Shown piece by piece: positions 20,288 through 30,177 of a stretch of 64,000 nucleotides of DNA (position 1 is its first letter; each line of letters opens with the position of its first letter). Below the pieces are notes generated by a model. It made no database searches. It was not told the origin of the DNA and saw only the letters and a list, made by a program, of their open reading frames with translations. Source of the DNA: an uncultured Aliarcobacter sp. (lineage in GTDB: Bacteria > Campylobacterota > Campylobacteria > Campylobacterales > Arcobacteraceae); contig OY781945.1 in NCBI GenBank assembly GCA_963677435.1, forward strand, positions 1,440,001-1,504,000. Reading direction: 5' to 3'. Made by a program: the position numbers and the translations under genes.

Positions 20288-21226
20288 ATGAATAAAACTT
20301 ATCGAAACTTTATATTACTTTTTCTTATTATAGTCTCTATTCTTTTATACTTTTTATACAAATACAATAGTAAAATTGAACAAAACCAAGTTGATATTTT
20401 GGTTTCAAATAAAGTTGAAATTGTACAAAATGAATTAACAAATCAGAAAAATCACGCTTTATCTTTAGCAATATTGTTTTCTAAAAATCAAAATATTATT
20501 CGTTTTTTAGAAAATGATAAACCAAATGAGTTGAAAAAAGAGCTATTGTCTCTATTACAAAATATAAAAAACTACACGAATATAAATAATATTCAAATTC
20601 AAGTTCATACAAAAGATTTAAAAGTTTTTGTAAGAAGTTGGGAAGATAAAGATGCGGGATTGAGTTTAGAAAGTTTTAGAAAAGGAATTGTAAAAGTAAA
20701 AGAAACACAAGAACCTTTTGTATCGAATGAACTTGGGAAAAGATTTAATATAAAAGCAATTTCACCTATTTTTAATGAAAAAGATGAATATATTGGAAGT
20801 ATTGAAGTTATAGTTGATTATAGTGATTTAAAGAATAGACTAAAATATATGGGAATAGATATTATTGCACTTTTAAAAAAAGAGTATTTACCAATTGCTA
20901 CATATTATAAACAGTACAATATGTTAGATGATTTTGTAGTTATTCAAAATGATTATGATAAAAAGTTTTATGATTATCTAGCTTTTAATAAAGAGTATTT
21001 ATCAACTAATCAGTTCTATTATAAAAATAAGAATAAAATAGTTACTCAAATCCCTTTAGGCGATATTGATTCAAAAAGTGTGGGAGTTTTGATGATTTCT
21101 TTTGATAAAAATGAACAGAACTTTAAGTATTTACCAAAATATGAATATATGGGTGAAATAAAAACAGAAGATACAAATTTTAAAAACCAACTTTTAAAAG
21201 AGAAAAAAGAGATTATTATAAAGTGA
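20288..21226 (+). CDS. Membrane-anchored Cache-like sensor protein with no output domain
   Basis: Single N-terminal TM. Segments FVRSW, ELGKRFNIKAISPIF and IGSIEV resemble Cache_3/dCache domains. Confidence 0.65.
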   Translation: MNKTYRNFILLFLIIVSILLYFLYKYNSKIEQNQVDILVSNKVEIVQNELTNQKNHALSLAILFSKNQNIIRFLENDKPNELKKELLSLLQNIKNYTNINNIQIQVHTKDLKVFVRSWEDKDAGLSLESFRKGIVKVKETQEPFVSNELGKRFNIKAISPIFNEKDEYIGSIEVIVDYSDLKNRLKYMGIDIIALLKKEYLPIATYYKQYNMLDDFVVIQNDYDKKFYDYLAFNKEYLSTNQFYYKNKNKIVTQIPLGDIDSKSVGVLMISFDKNEQNFKYLPKYEYMGEIKTEDTNFKNQLLKEKKEIIIK

Positions 21227-21230
21227 AAAT

Positions 21231-21890
21231 ATGAAAATTCTACTACTTGAAGATGATTATTTATATAAAGTATCCATAAAAGAGTTTTTGCAAGAACTTG
21301 ATTTTATTGTGGATGATTTTGAAAATGGTGATGATGCTTTAGATGCAGTTTTTACAAATAGTTATGATTTACTTCTTTTAGATGTTCGTGTTTCTGGAAT
21401 GGATGGTTTCTCTTTGGTTGAAACTATCAGAAAAGAGGGCTTGAATACACCAATTATAATACTTACTTCTTTGACAGATATTACAAATCTTAGTCGTGGA
21501 TATGATTTAGGTTGTAATGATTATATTAGAAAACCTTTTGATTTGATAGAGCTAAAATTTAGAATTGAGCAACTAATTAAAAATAGTTGTTTTAAAACTT
21601 TGGATGATGTTATACAAGTAGTTCCAGATTATGAATTTGATGTGAAAAAAAATATTTTGTATAAAGAAAAAGAACAAATAGATTTGAGTTTTAAAGAGAG
21701 TGAACTTGTCTCTTATTTAGTTCAAAATAGAGGTTTCTTTGTCTCTATTGAAACTTTACATGAAAGAATTTGGGAAAATAAAGAGATTTCTTATTCTGAT
21801 ATTAGAATGTGCATAAAAAGGATTAGAGAAAAAACCTGTAAAGATTTTATAAAAACTAAACGATTTGTAGGATATAAAATTGATAAGTAA
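21231..21890 (+). CDS. OmpR-family response regulator
   Basis: LLEDD, LLDVRV, KPF, C-terminal winged helix (KTKRFVGY). Confidence 0.92.
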   Translation: MKILLLEDDYLYKVSIKEFLQELDFIVDDFENGDDALDAVFTNSYDLLLLDVRVSGMDGFSLVETIRKEGLNTPIIILTSLTDITNLSRGYDLGCNDYIRKPFDLIELKFRIEQLIKNSCFKTLDDVIQVVPDYEFDVKKNILYKEKEQIDLSFKESELVSYLVQNRGFFVSIETLHERIWENKEISYSDIRMCIKRIREKTCKDFIKTKRFVGYKIDK

Positions 21891-23052
21891 TAAATATGAG
21901 CTAAAATTTATATTAATTCAAGTTATATTGACACTTCTAATAGCTTTTATTCCAATATATTTTTATTTGGATTCTTCATTTGAAAATCAAAATATGAAAG
22001 ATAAAATGGATTTAAAAAACTATGCTTTTTCAGTTATCTCAAAAATAAAATCTTTTGAAAAAGAGAATAGTTCTACTTTTTATTATCCCCGTTCTAATAT
22101 CTATTTTTCTGGAATTTTTGATAAAAATAATCAATCTATTTTCTCTTTGTTAAAAAGAAATGATTTAGATTTTTTGGATGAGTTTTTGATAAGTAAAAAT
22201 GAGATTTGTTACAAAAACTATTTAGATGCGAATATTTTAGATGCTAAGTTTTTAGTTGTTTGTAAAGATGTAGATAATTCACAAGTAATTTATAATGCAA
22301 TTATTTTGATTTTAATTATCAGCTTTTTTATGTTTTTATCCTCTTTTTTTATCATCAAACAAAGTATAGAACCATATAAAAGATTAAATCAATACTTAGA
22401 TGATTTTCTAAAAGATGCTATGCATGAGTTAAAAACCCCAATTGGAGTTGCCCGAATTAATGTTGATATGCTACAAATGCGACTAAAAAATGATAAATAT
22501 ATTTTGCGAATAAAATCTGCTTTAAAAAATATGACAGTTATTTATGAAGATTTAGAGTATTACATGCAACAAAATATGGTAAAAGATGAAAAAAAAGATA
22601 TTAATTTTTCACTCTTTTTAGAAAGAAGAATTGAATTTTTTAATGACTTGGTAATTTCAAAAAATATCAAATTTCTAATAAATATTCAAAAAGAGATTCA
22701 TATAAATTTTAATGAATTAGAGCTTTATAGAATAATTGATAATAACATTTCAAATGCAATAAAATACTCAAAAGATAGCTCAAATATTGAAATATCTTTG
22801 CAAAAACAAGAGAATAAAATTAAACTAATGTTTAAAGATGAAGGTATTGGAATAAAAGATAAATCAAAAATCTTTGAGCGATATTATAGAGGTGATAAAA
22901 TAACTGGTGGCTTTGGAATAGGGCTTAGTATTGTTAAAAATATTTGTGTTAAAAATAGAGTTGATATAGAAGTAGAATCACAAGTAAATAAAGGGAGTTC
23001 CTTTATTTACTTTTTTGATTCACTGGGTAATTTTCTTAATAAAACAGAATAA
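21880..23052 (+). CDS. Sensor histidine kinase
   Basis: Two TMs, HELKTP, NAIKYS, DEGIG, GFGIGL. Confidence 0.92.
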   Translation: MISNKYELKFILIQVILTLLIAFIPIYFYLDSSFENQNMKDKMDLKNYAFSVISKIKSFEKENSSTFYYPRSNIYFSGIFDKNNQSIFSLLKRNDLDFLDEFLISKNEICYKNYLDANILDAKFLVVCKDVDNSQVIYNAIILILIISFFMFLSSFFIIKQSIEPYKRLNQYLDDFLKDAMHELKTPIGVARINVDMLQMRLKNDKYILRIKSALKNMTVIYEDLEYYMQQNMVKDEKKDINFSLFLERRIEFFNDLVISKNIKFLINIQKEIHINFNELELYRIIDNNISNAIKYSKDSSNIEISLQKQENKIKLMFKDEGIGIKDKSKIFERYYRGDKITGGFGIGLSIVKNICVKNRVDIEVESQVNKGSSFIYFFDSLGNFLNKTE

Positions 23053-23816
23053 CCAGAACAAGTACAAGTATTATCTATAGCTTCTTCTATATCTTCAACT
23101 TTTGAAACAAGTTGCCAATTGTTATTAACAGCTTCTTTTAGCGTTGAATATCCAGTAGTTCTTTTGTTTATATCTGTACATCTTTTAGCACAAACAGCTT
23201 CTTTTCCAGAATATCTCCATGAATCAAAAAAAGTCATAGTTCTTTGATCTTTTTTATTAAATAGAACTTTAGTTTTTTGCTCTCTTGCTGCTTCTCTTCT
23301 TTGAATCTCTTGTCTTTCTTTTATTGATTCTTGAGTATTTATCATAGTTGGAGTTTCTACTTCAAATTGTGGATGTTTTTTAGAATTTGAATAGGCTCTT
23401 TTTACTTTTTCATCTATGCTCACTGAGTAGAAACTATTAGCATTTTGACTCGCTTGGTGAGCAATAAAATAAGGTTCATTGTTAACTTCACAAACAGTAG
23501 CTCTGTTATTTGAATATGAATTAACATAGATTTTGTTTATATAATAAGTTGAATTAACTAATTTACCTTTATTATCTGAACAAAATTTATCAAGTTTTGA
23601 AAATAAGTTTTTTGTATCTTCAGCTTTTAAAGATTTGTTTTTATACAACCTTTGTTTTGTATCATATTCAAAAGACTCATTTAAAACATCATTTATAGTT
23701 TTAATTTTTGGTTTTTCAACACTGCTTTTTACAACCGATTTATTTGCACATGATGTGAAAAATAATGTTGTTGCAACAACAAACAATCCTATTTTTAAAA
23801 ATTTATTAATTTGCAT
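23007..23816 (-). CDS. Hypothetical lipoprotein
   Basis: Start at MQINK, lipobox-like FFTSC, several Cys pairs. Confidence 0.65.
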   Translation of the reverse strand: MQINKFLKIGLFVVATTLFFTSCANKSVVKSSVEKPKIKTINDVLNESFEYDTKQRLYKNKSLKAEDTKNLFSKLDKFCSDNKGKLVNSTYYINKIYVNSYSNNRATVCEVNNEPYFIAHQASQNANSFYSVSIDEKVKRAYSNSKKHPQFEVETPTMINTQESIKERQEIQRREAAREQKTKVLFNKKDQRTMTFFDSWRYSGKEAVCAKRCTDINKRTTGYSTLKEAVNNNWQLVSKVEDIEEAIDNTCTCSGYSVLLRKLPSESKK

Positions 23817-23823
23817 TTTTAGA

Positions 23824-24951
23824 CTAAATCTCCATTCCATTTTCTAGAATAATTTTATTTCTACCATTTTCTTTTGCTTGATATAAAAGCATATCAGCTT
23901 TTTGTAGAGTATTTTCATAAGTTGGATAAGAACTTCTTATTGCAACTCCAGCTGAGAAAGTAACTCTTATTTTATTTGTTTTATATAAGAAACTATTTTC
24001 AGTAACAATTGTTTTTATTCTTTTTAAGAACTGTAATAACTCTCTATTTAGATTAAAGTGAATAATTGCTACGAACTCTTCTCCTCCATATCTTCCAACA
24101 ACATCATGGTCTCTTATGCTTTTATTGAGAATCTTTCCAAAAGTTGATAAAACAACATCTCCACATTCATGTCCATAAGTGTCATTTAGTTTTTTGAAGT
24201 GGTCTAAATCGAAAAAAACTACCGCATATTGTGTTTTAATTCTTTCATAAGCACTTTCTATTCTTTTTATCTCTTCACCAAATGCTTTTCTTGTAAGTAA
24301 ACCAGTTAAATGATCTTTCATATTTTCTGTTTTTGTTCTAGTTAATTCTGCTTCAAGAGTTTTTACTTTTTCTTCAAGTTCTTGAACTTTTGATTTACCA
24401 GTTTCTAGTTTTGTTGTTACTGTATGCATCTCTTTTTCAATTGATGATGCAGCATTTATAAGCTCATTTTGAAGTTTTGTAAGAGCTTCTAATCCATCTT
24501 CTTCTATATTGATTGATTCTATCTTCTCTTTAATATTAATCACATTTTTTGAGCTTGAACCATTACTTGAAATTGCTTCATTTAAGTATTCTTCCATTAA
24601 TAGAACAAGTTTAGAAATATCAGAAGTTCGCTCAATTACAACTCTTTTATCTCTTTCAAATCTTTTGTTTATAAAATCTTCAATTTTATCTTGAATCTTT
24701 TCAACAAATAAAAGATTAGGCTCTTTCTCAATTTTTGAGAATAATTGATCAATTTCATCATCTGTCTCTGCACAAATTGATGGTAAAACTGATTGTTTTA
24801 TTAATAAAGCTAAATGTTGTACATTTTTTGGATTAACTCTTTTTAACAATATTGGAATTATTCTTTCTGGCGAATCAATTTGATTTGCCTTAACTTCACT
24901 TTTTTCCTCTTCTGTTAATAAACTTAAAATATTTTCAAACTCTTTGTTCAT
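23824..24951 (-). CDS. Diguanylate cyclase (coiled coil plus GGDEF domain)
   Basis: DHLTGL, DLDHFK..ND, RDHD I-site, GGEEF. Confidence 0.92.
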   Translation of the reverse strand: MNKEFENILSLLTEEEKSEVKANQIDSPERIIPILLKRVNPKNVQHLALLIKQSVLPSICAETDDEIDQLFSKIEKEPNLLFVEKIQDKIEDFINKRFERDKRVVIERTSDISKLVLLMEEYLNEAISSNGSSSKNVINIKEKIESINIEEDGLEALTKLQNELINAASSIEKEMHTVTTKLETGKSKVQELEEKVKTLEAELTRTKTENMKDHLTGLLTRKAFGEEIKRIESAYERIKTQYAVVFFDLDHFKKLNDTYGHECGDVVLSTFGKILNKSIRDHDVVGRYGGEEFVAIIHFNLNRELLQFLKRIKTIVTENSFLYKTNKIRVTFSAGVAIRSSYPTYENTLQKADMLLYQAKENGRNKIILENGMEI

Positions 24952-24981
24952 GTAATGTTTCCTAAATGTGATTTCTTCAAA

Positions 24982-25425
24982 TTATCCTAAAAGTTTTTTT
25001 ACCATTTCATTAATTCTTTTTCCATCTGCAATACCTGCAAATTTCTTAGTTGCAAGTCCCATAACTTTTCCTATATCTTTCATAGAAGTAGCAGATACTT
25101 GTGAAATAATCTCTTTCATTCCACTTTCAAGTTCTTCATCACTTGCTTGTGTTGGAAGGTAAAGCATAAATACATCAACTTGTTCTTGTTCTTGTGCAAC
25201 TAAGTCTTCTCTTGAAGCAGCTTTATATTGAGTAATAGACTCTTCTCTTTGTTTAATACCTTTTTGAATTAATTTAATAACATCTTCATCATTTAAATCT
25301 TTTCTTTCATCTACTTCAATTTGTTTAATCATAGTATTAATAGCTCTAATTGAGTCCCTCTTTGCTACATCTTTATCTCTCATTGCAGTTTTTAAATCTT
25401 CTTTTAATTGTTCTTTTAAAGTCAT
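24982..25425 (-). CDS. yqeY: GatB/YqeY domain protein
   Basis: LKTAMRDKD, YLPTQ, MKDIGKVMG, ADGKRI. Confidence 0.9.
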   Translation of the reverse strand: MTLKEQLKEDLKTAMRDKDVAKRDSIRAINTMIKQIEVDERKDLNDEDVIKLIQKGIKQREESITQYKAASREDLVAQEQEQVDVFMLYLPTQASDEELESGMKEIISQVSATSMKDIGKVMGLATKKFAGIADGKRINEMVKKLLG

Positions 25426-25468
25426 ACAAACCCCTATATTTACTATTTGTTTACCAAATTATATCTTT

Positions 25469-27418
25469 TTAAGAATTAAAGCTCTCTATTAATTCTTCTA
25501 GTTCCAAAAATCTTTCAACTTTTTGCTCATAAATCTCTTTTGTAGCATCAAGCTCTTGAGACATGGCAACAATTCCTTTTTGCTCATAACATTTTGGATC
25601 CATCAAACAAGCATTTATTTCTTCAAGTTTTAACTCTAAGTCTTCCAGCTCTTTTGGCAACATCTCATATTCTCTTTGGTCTTTATATGATAGTTTTGTT
25701 TGTTTTTTAACAGCTGGTGCAACTTTTTCAATTGTAGCTTCTTTTGCTATTTCATTTTCTAGATTGTCTAACTCTTTTAACTCTTTTTCGATTTCAAGGT
25801 ACTCACTATAAGGTTGGAAACTTTCCATTATGTGGCTATTTCCTTGAAATACAAAAAGTTTTTTAGCAATTTTATCAACAAAATATCTATCATGTGATAC
25901 AAAAATCAAAGCACCTTGGAAGTTTTGTAAATACTCTTCTAAAATATTAATTGTTGGAATATCTAAGTCATTTGTTGGCTCATCTAAAATTAAACAATCA
26001 ACTTTTTTTGTGAAAAGTAGCGCAAGGGCTACTCTATTTTTTTCTCCACCACTTAGAACACCAACTTTTTTATCAAGATATTCCCTTGGAAATAAGAAGT
26101 TTTTTAAGTATCCAAAAACATGCATATTTCTTCCATCTTGAAGAACAACTCTATCTCCACCATTTGGACAAAAAGTCTCTAATAGATTTCTTTCATCATC
26201 CAATGATTCCCTTTGTTGGTCAAAATATCCTATCTCAAAATCACCTTTTTTAAAAGTTCCCTTATCTATTTTCATTTTTTCCATAAAAATTTTAAGTAGT
26301 GTTGATTTTCCGCTTCCATTGGGACCAACTATGGCAATAGTGTCTTTTTGTAAAATTCTAGTTGTAAAATCAGTAATTAATTTTTTATCACCTAAACTTT
26401 TGCAAACATCATCAAGTTCATAAAGCATTTTCTTTTTATTTTTTTGATTATCTTCTGTGTTAAAAGATTTTTGTTCCCTTTGAAGTTCAAGTGACATTTT
26501 TCTAATGGCTGCTGGATTTGAACGAGCTTTTTGTTTTAAATCAAAATACTCTGATTTTCTTCTTTCATTTCTTTTTCTTCTAGCAGTTACCCCATGTTGC
26601 ATCCAATGGGCTTCTCTTTTTACAAGTCTAATTAGATTGTCATGTTCTTTTTGCATATTTTCTAAAAGGTGTTCTTTTTGCTCTAAATATGAAGAGTAAC
26701 CACCATTGAATTTTCGTAAAACTCCTCCATCAACTTCAACAACAGTCGTTGCAATATTATCAATAAAATATCTATCATGTGATATAAAAAGTAGGGTGAA
26801 ATTATTTTTTAAAAGTAGTTGTTCTAAAAACTCAACCATATATACATCAAGATGATTGGTAGGCTCATCTAAAAGTAAAACATCTGGTTTTTTAAGTAAT
26901 AATCCAGCAAGACTAACTCTTCTTTGCTCCCCACCACTTAGAAGATTTACATCTTTAAACTCATACTGTTTTAATTGAAATTCAACTAAAACTCTCTCAA
27001 TCATATTGTCCAAATCCCAAGCATTATGAAAATCAATAAAAGTTGCTAATTCACTTTGTCTTCTAATTAAATCTTCATTCTCATAATCAGTTGCTAGTCT
27101 ATTTGTAAGTTCTTCATATTCATTTCTTGCTTGTTTTAACTCGGCTAGTTGATCCTCAATTGCATCTCTTACATTTAGATTGTCTTTAAATTTTGGTTGT
27201 TGGTCTAACATCTCAATTTTTAGAGATTTATCGATAGCCATTTCACCACTATCAGGTTCTGTTTGTTTCATAATTATTTTAAAAAGTGTAGATTTACCTT
27301 GTCCATTTTGACCAATAACTGCAACTCTTTGTCCATGGTTTAAAGTAAAATTTGCATCTTTTAAAATAACTTTTGTATCGTATTGTTTTGAAATATTCTG
27401 TAGGTCTATTAAAGCCAT
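25469..27418 (-). CDS. uup: ABC-F family ATPase Uup
   Basis: Two ABC domains (GQNGQGKS, GPNGSGKS, LSGGE, DEPTN) and a C-terminal KLSYKDQRE coiled coil. Confidence 0.88.
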   Translation of the reverse strand: MALIDLQNISKQYDTKVILKDANFTLNHGQRVAVIGQNGQGKSTLFKIIMKQTEPDSGEMAIDKSLKIEMLDQQPKFKDNLNVRDAIEDQLAELKQARNEYEELTNRLATDYENEDLIRRQSELATFIDFHNAWDLDNMIERVLVEFQLKQYEFKDVNLLSGGEQRRVSLAGLLLKKPDVLLLDEPTNHLDVYMVEFLEQLLLKNNFTLLFISHDRYFIDNIATTVVEVDGGVLRKFNGGYSSYLEQKEHLLENMQKEHDNLIRLVKREAHWMQHGVTARRKRNERRKSEYFDLKQKARSNPAAIRKMSLELQREQKSFNTEDNQKNKKKMLYELDDVCKSLGDKKLITDFTTRILQKDTIAIVGPNGSGKSTLLKIFMEKMKIDKGTFKKGDFEIGYFDQQRESLDDERNLLETFCPNGGDRVVLQDGRNMHVFGYLKNFLFPREYLDKKVGVLSGGEKNRVALALLFTKKVDCLILDEPTNDLDIPTINILEEYLQNFQGALIFVSHDRYFVDKIAKKLFVFQGNSHIMESFQPYSEYLEIEKELKELDNLENEIAKEATIEKVAPAVKKQTKLSYKDQREYEMLPKELEDLELKLEEINACLMDPKCYEQKGIVAMSQELDATKEIYEQKVERFLELEELIESFNS

Positions 27419-27547
27419 ATATTTTTCTTCTTCTTTGTATTATTAAGATTTATTTTTGTTAGTTTAAGTATTAATATACCTAAAAATCGGTTAAGATTTA
27501 CTTTTGATATATTTTGCTGTTATTTAAAGACCTGAGCGTATATAGAA

Positions 27548-28222
27548 TTATTTTTTATCAAATATATATTTTTTGATTTCATCTTTCCAAATTAAATATG
27601 CTTTTGCATTTAAATGAAGTCCATCGTGAGTATAGTTTTTTATCAAAAGTTCATCTTTTGAAAGGGATTTGTTTAAATCTATAAATACTATTTTATTATC
27701 TTCACAATATTTTTTTAACAAAATATTTAACTCTTTTACTTTGTCATTGTAGCCATTGTCTTTTTTTGCTGTATAAAGGGTTGAGTAGATGTATGGAGTT
27801 ATATTTTTTTCTTTTAGTATTTGAATTATTTTTTTATGATTTTCAAAAATATCTTTTACTTGGAAACCTTGGAAAATATCATTTATTCCACCCATAACAA
27901 AAACTTTTTTTGGATTTAGTTTTATTACTTGCTCTATTCTTTGTAAAAAGCCAGAAGTTGTATCTCCATTTATTCCTCGATTAATAATTGGATAATCAAA
28001 TAACTCATTCCAATTAACCGCATAAGTAATAGAATCTCCTAACATTACAATATTTGTTTGTTTTGTTGGATAAATTTTATATAGTTCATAAATATTATTA
28101 TCACCAAAAATAAGAGAGTCATTATTCTCATTTTGTGTTGAAGAGTAGAGTTTATTTGGTAACATAAGTGCAACTAATAAACATAAAATCACTCCTGTAA
28201 GCGTTGTATTGAATTTTTGCAT
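27548..28222 (-). CDS. SGNH/GDSL hydrolase, probably exported
   Basis: GDSIT, NRGINGD, GGIND, DGLH. Confidence 0.88.
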   Translation of the reverse strand: MQKFNTTLTGVILCLLVALMLPNKLYSSTQNENNDSLIFGDNNIYELYKIYPTKQTNIVMLGDSITYAVNWNELFDYPIINRGINGDTTSGFLQRIEQVIKLNPKKVFVMGGINDIFQGFQVKDIFENHKKIIQILKEKNITPYIYSTLYTAKKDNGYNDKVKELNILLKKYCEDNKIVFIDLNKSLSKDELLIKNYTHDGLHLNAKAYLIWKDEIKKYIFDKK

Positions 28223-28330
28223 AAATTCTCTTTTTTTGTTTTGATTCTATTATAAAAATTATTAAATATAAATAATATTAATTTAATTTTAAGAAATGTA
28301 TAATAACTTAAAATATATGAAGGAGTTAAG

Positions 28331-28930
28331 ATGGAAGTTCAAAGTAATATAAACAGTTTAAATGTGGCTTTAGATAAATATAAGCAAAATACAAATGTTA
28401 CAAATAAAAAGGACTCAGAAAAAACAAGTGAAAAATCACTTGAAGAGACAATGAATGAATCAGCTGTAAAAGTATCAGTATCTATGAATGCACAATATAT
28501 ACTTTTTGCTATGAATTCTTCATCTTTAAATAAAGATAATACATTAACTCAAGCTAGTTTATCAGCTAATGAAAAAGATGTGTTAGATTTTTTGAGTGGC
28601 AAAGAGACACAAAGTGGAATGAGTCTTAAAAATATAGGTTATGAAGGTAAACCAATAACTGAACTCACTCAAGATGAAGCAAAAGATTTAGTAAGTGAAG
28701 ATGGTTTTTTTGGAGTAACTCAAACTTCAGATAGGGTTTCTAATTTTGTATTTAGTTTTGCGAAAGACAATGTTGATCTTTTAGAAAAAGGTAGAGAAGG
28801 TATTGTTCAAGGTTTCGAAGATGCTAAAAAACTTTTTGGAGGAGAACTTCCAGAAATTTCATATAAAACTCAAGAAAGAACTTTATCTTTGATTGATGAA
28901 AAAATTAATAGTTTAAAAAAAGAGTCTTAG
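28331..28930 (+). CDS. Conserved hypothetical protein (DUF5610-like)
   Basis: GFFGVTQTSDR...GFEDAKKLFGGELPEISYKT; RBS AGGAG. Confidence 0.55.
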   Translation: MEVQSNINSLNVALDKYKQNTNVTNKKDSEKTSEKSLEETMNESAVKVSVSMNAQYILFAMNSSSLNKDNTLTQASLSANEKDVLDFLSGKETQSGMSLKNIGYEGKPITELTQDEAKDLVSEDGFFGVTQTSDRVSNFVFSFAKDNVDLLEKGREGIVQGFEDAKKLFGGELPEISYKTQERTLSLIDEKINSLKKES

Positions 28931-28942
28931 TACTCTTTTTTT
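28915..28942. terminator. Bidirectional terminator-like hairpin between convergent genes
   Basis: AAAAAAGAGT-cttagt-ACTCTTTTTT. Confidence 0.6.
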
Positions 28943-30167
28943 ATTGTTTTTTTGCATTAAATTCTGAATTTATTTCAACAGTATCAGATGATTTAAAATT
29001 AATATTTCCATCCATGTAAGTTGCTGTATCTCCATATAATTTTGCAGAACCAGTATCTCCATGGGTTTCTCCTCTTGGATAAAGAGATAAATTTCCAGAA
29101 TTACCATGCATCTCTCCTTCAAATGTAAGAACTCTACTTGTTCCATTTCCTACATCACTAATATTTACTTTTCCATTTGAGATTTGATTATTTGATTTTG
29201 CAAAATCAATGTCCATAGATATTCTTGTATCACTAGGAATTGCAACTGTTTGATTTGAACTATTAACCATATAATTAGATGAAGATAATTCAGTTGGGAA
29301 CTTTCCTATGTAGCTAGCTGTTGAATTATTGTCATGAAAAAAACTTGCTGGTGTTCTATTTATAAAATTATTACTATCATCTAAACCACTTAAATTGTCA
29401 GTCGAAGAATTGTCAGTCGAAGAATTGCTTGTTGTAGGAATATTAATTACAGTTTCTTTATTTTCAATTGATGCTAATGTTTTATTTGTTGGAGTAGGAA
29501 TATTTTGATCTTTTGTTATATCTGTTGTTTCAGTTGGAAGGGAGATATTATCTATTGCTAGATTCTCTTTAATCGCTATATTTTTATTTATTTCTTGAAT
29601 ATCATTTGGTTTGATTTTTTGTATATTTAATTTTTCTGTACTATTTTCTTTAAAAGAGAGAAATTCCCCTTTATTTACAATAACAGTATCTTTTGTAATA
29701 TTATTTTTTACCTCAATTTGTCCTTCGGTACAAAATATCTTTTCATTATTATCTTCAACAACTGTTATGATTTGAGTTCCTCTTATTCCGATTGAAGCAG
29801 TTTTAGTTTTTAATTTAAAATTTTCTGGAACAATTTTTCCTATTTTTCCAGTTATTGTTCTAAAAATACCTTTTGCCATTGAAAATTCAGCTTTTGTATT
29901 TTTTTCTTCAAATAAATATTCATTTATTTTCAAAGTAGAATTTTGTCCAACAGAAATAATAGTATCATCTAAAAAGAGAATTTGTAATTTAGTATTATCT
30001 TTTGTATTTAATGTATCATTTTTTTCGAAAACAGAGTCTTTATTCACTTGGATAGTTTTATCTTCTCTTAAAATAGTGGCTTCTCCATTTAAAGCTACAA
30101 TTTTTCCTATATTATTTGCTAGTAATAAATTACTAATAAATAATAAAATTAAGATAATTTTTTTCAT
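28941..30167 (-). CDS. Secreted FecR-domain protein with S/T/N-rich linker and C-terminal TbpB-like barrel
   Basis: Sec signal. FecR-like DTLNT...DDTIISVGQNS and ASIGIRGT. C-terminus ASYIG...IDF...KLYGDTA...FNAKKQ. Confidence 0.72.
   Translation of the reverse strand: MKKIILILLFISNLLLANNIGKIVALNGEATILREDKTIQVNKDSVFEKNDTLNTKDNTKLQILFLDDTIISVGQNSTLKINEYLFEEKNTKAEFSMAKGIFRTITGKIGKIVPENFKLKTKTASIGIRGTQIITVVEDNNEKIFCTEGQIEVKNNITKDTVIVNKGEFLSFKENSTEKLNIQKIKPNDIQEINKNIAIKENLAIDNISLPTETTDITKDQNIPTPTNKTLASIENKETVINIPTTSNSSTDNSSTDNLSGLDDSNNFINRTPASFFHDNNSTASYIGKFPTELSSSNYMVNSSNQTVAIPSDTRISMDIDFAKSNNQISNGKVNISDVGNGTSRVLTFEGEMHGNSGNLSLYPRGETHGDTGSAKLYGDTATYMDGNINFKSSDTVEINSEFNAKKQ
29393..29427. repeat. 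15-bp tandem repeat AATTGTCAGTCGAAG x2.3
   Basis: Read directly; encodes NSSTDNSSTDN in the linker. Confidence 0.8.
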
Positions 30168-30177
30168 CTCAAATCCT

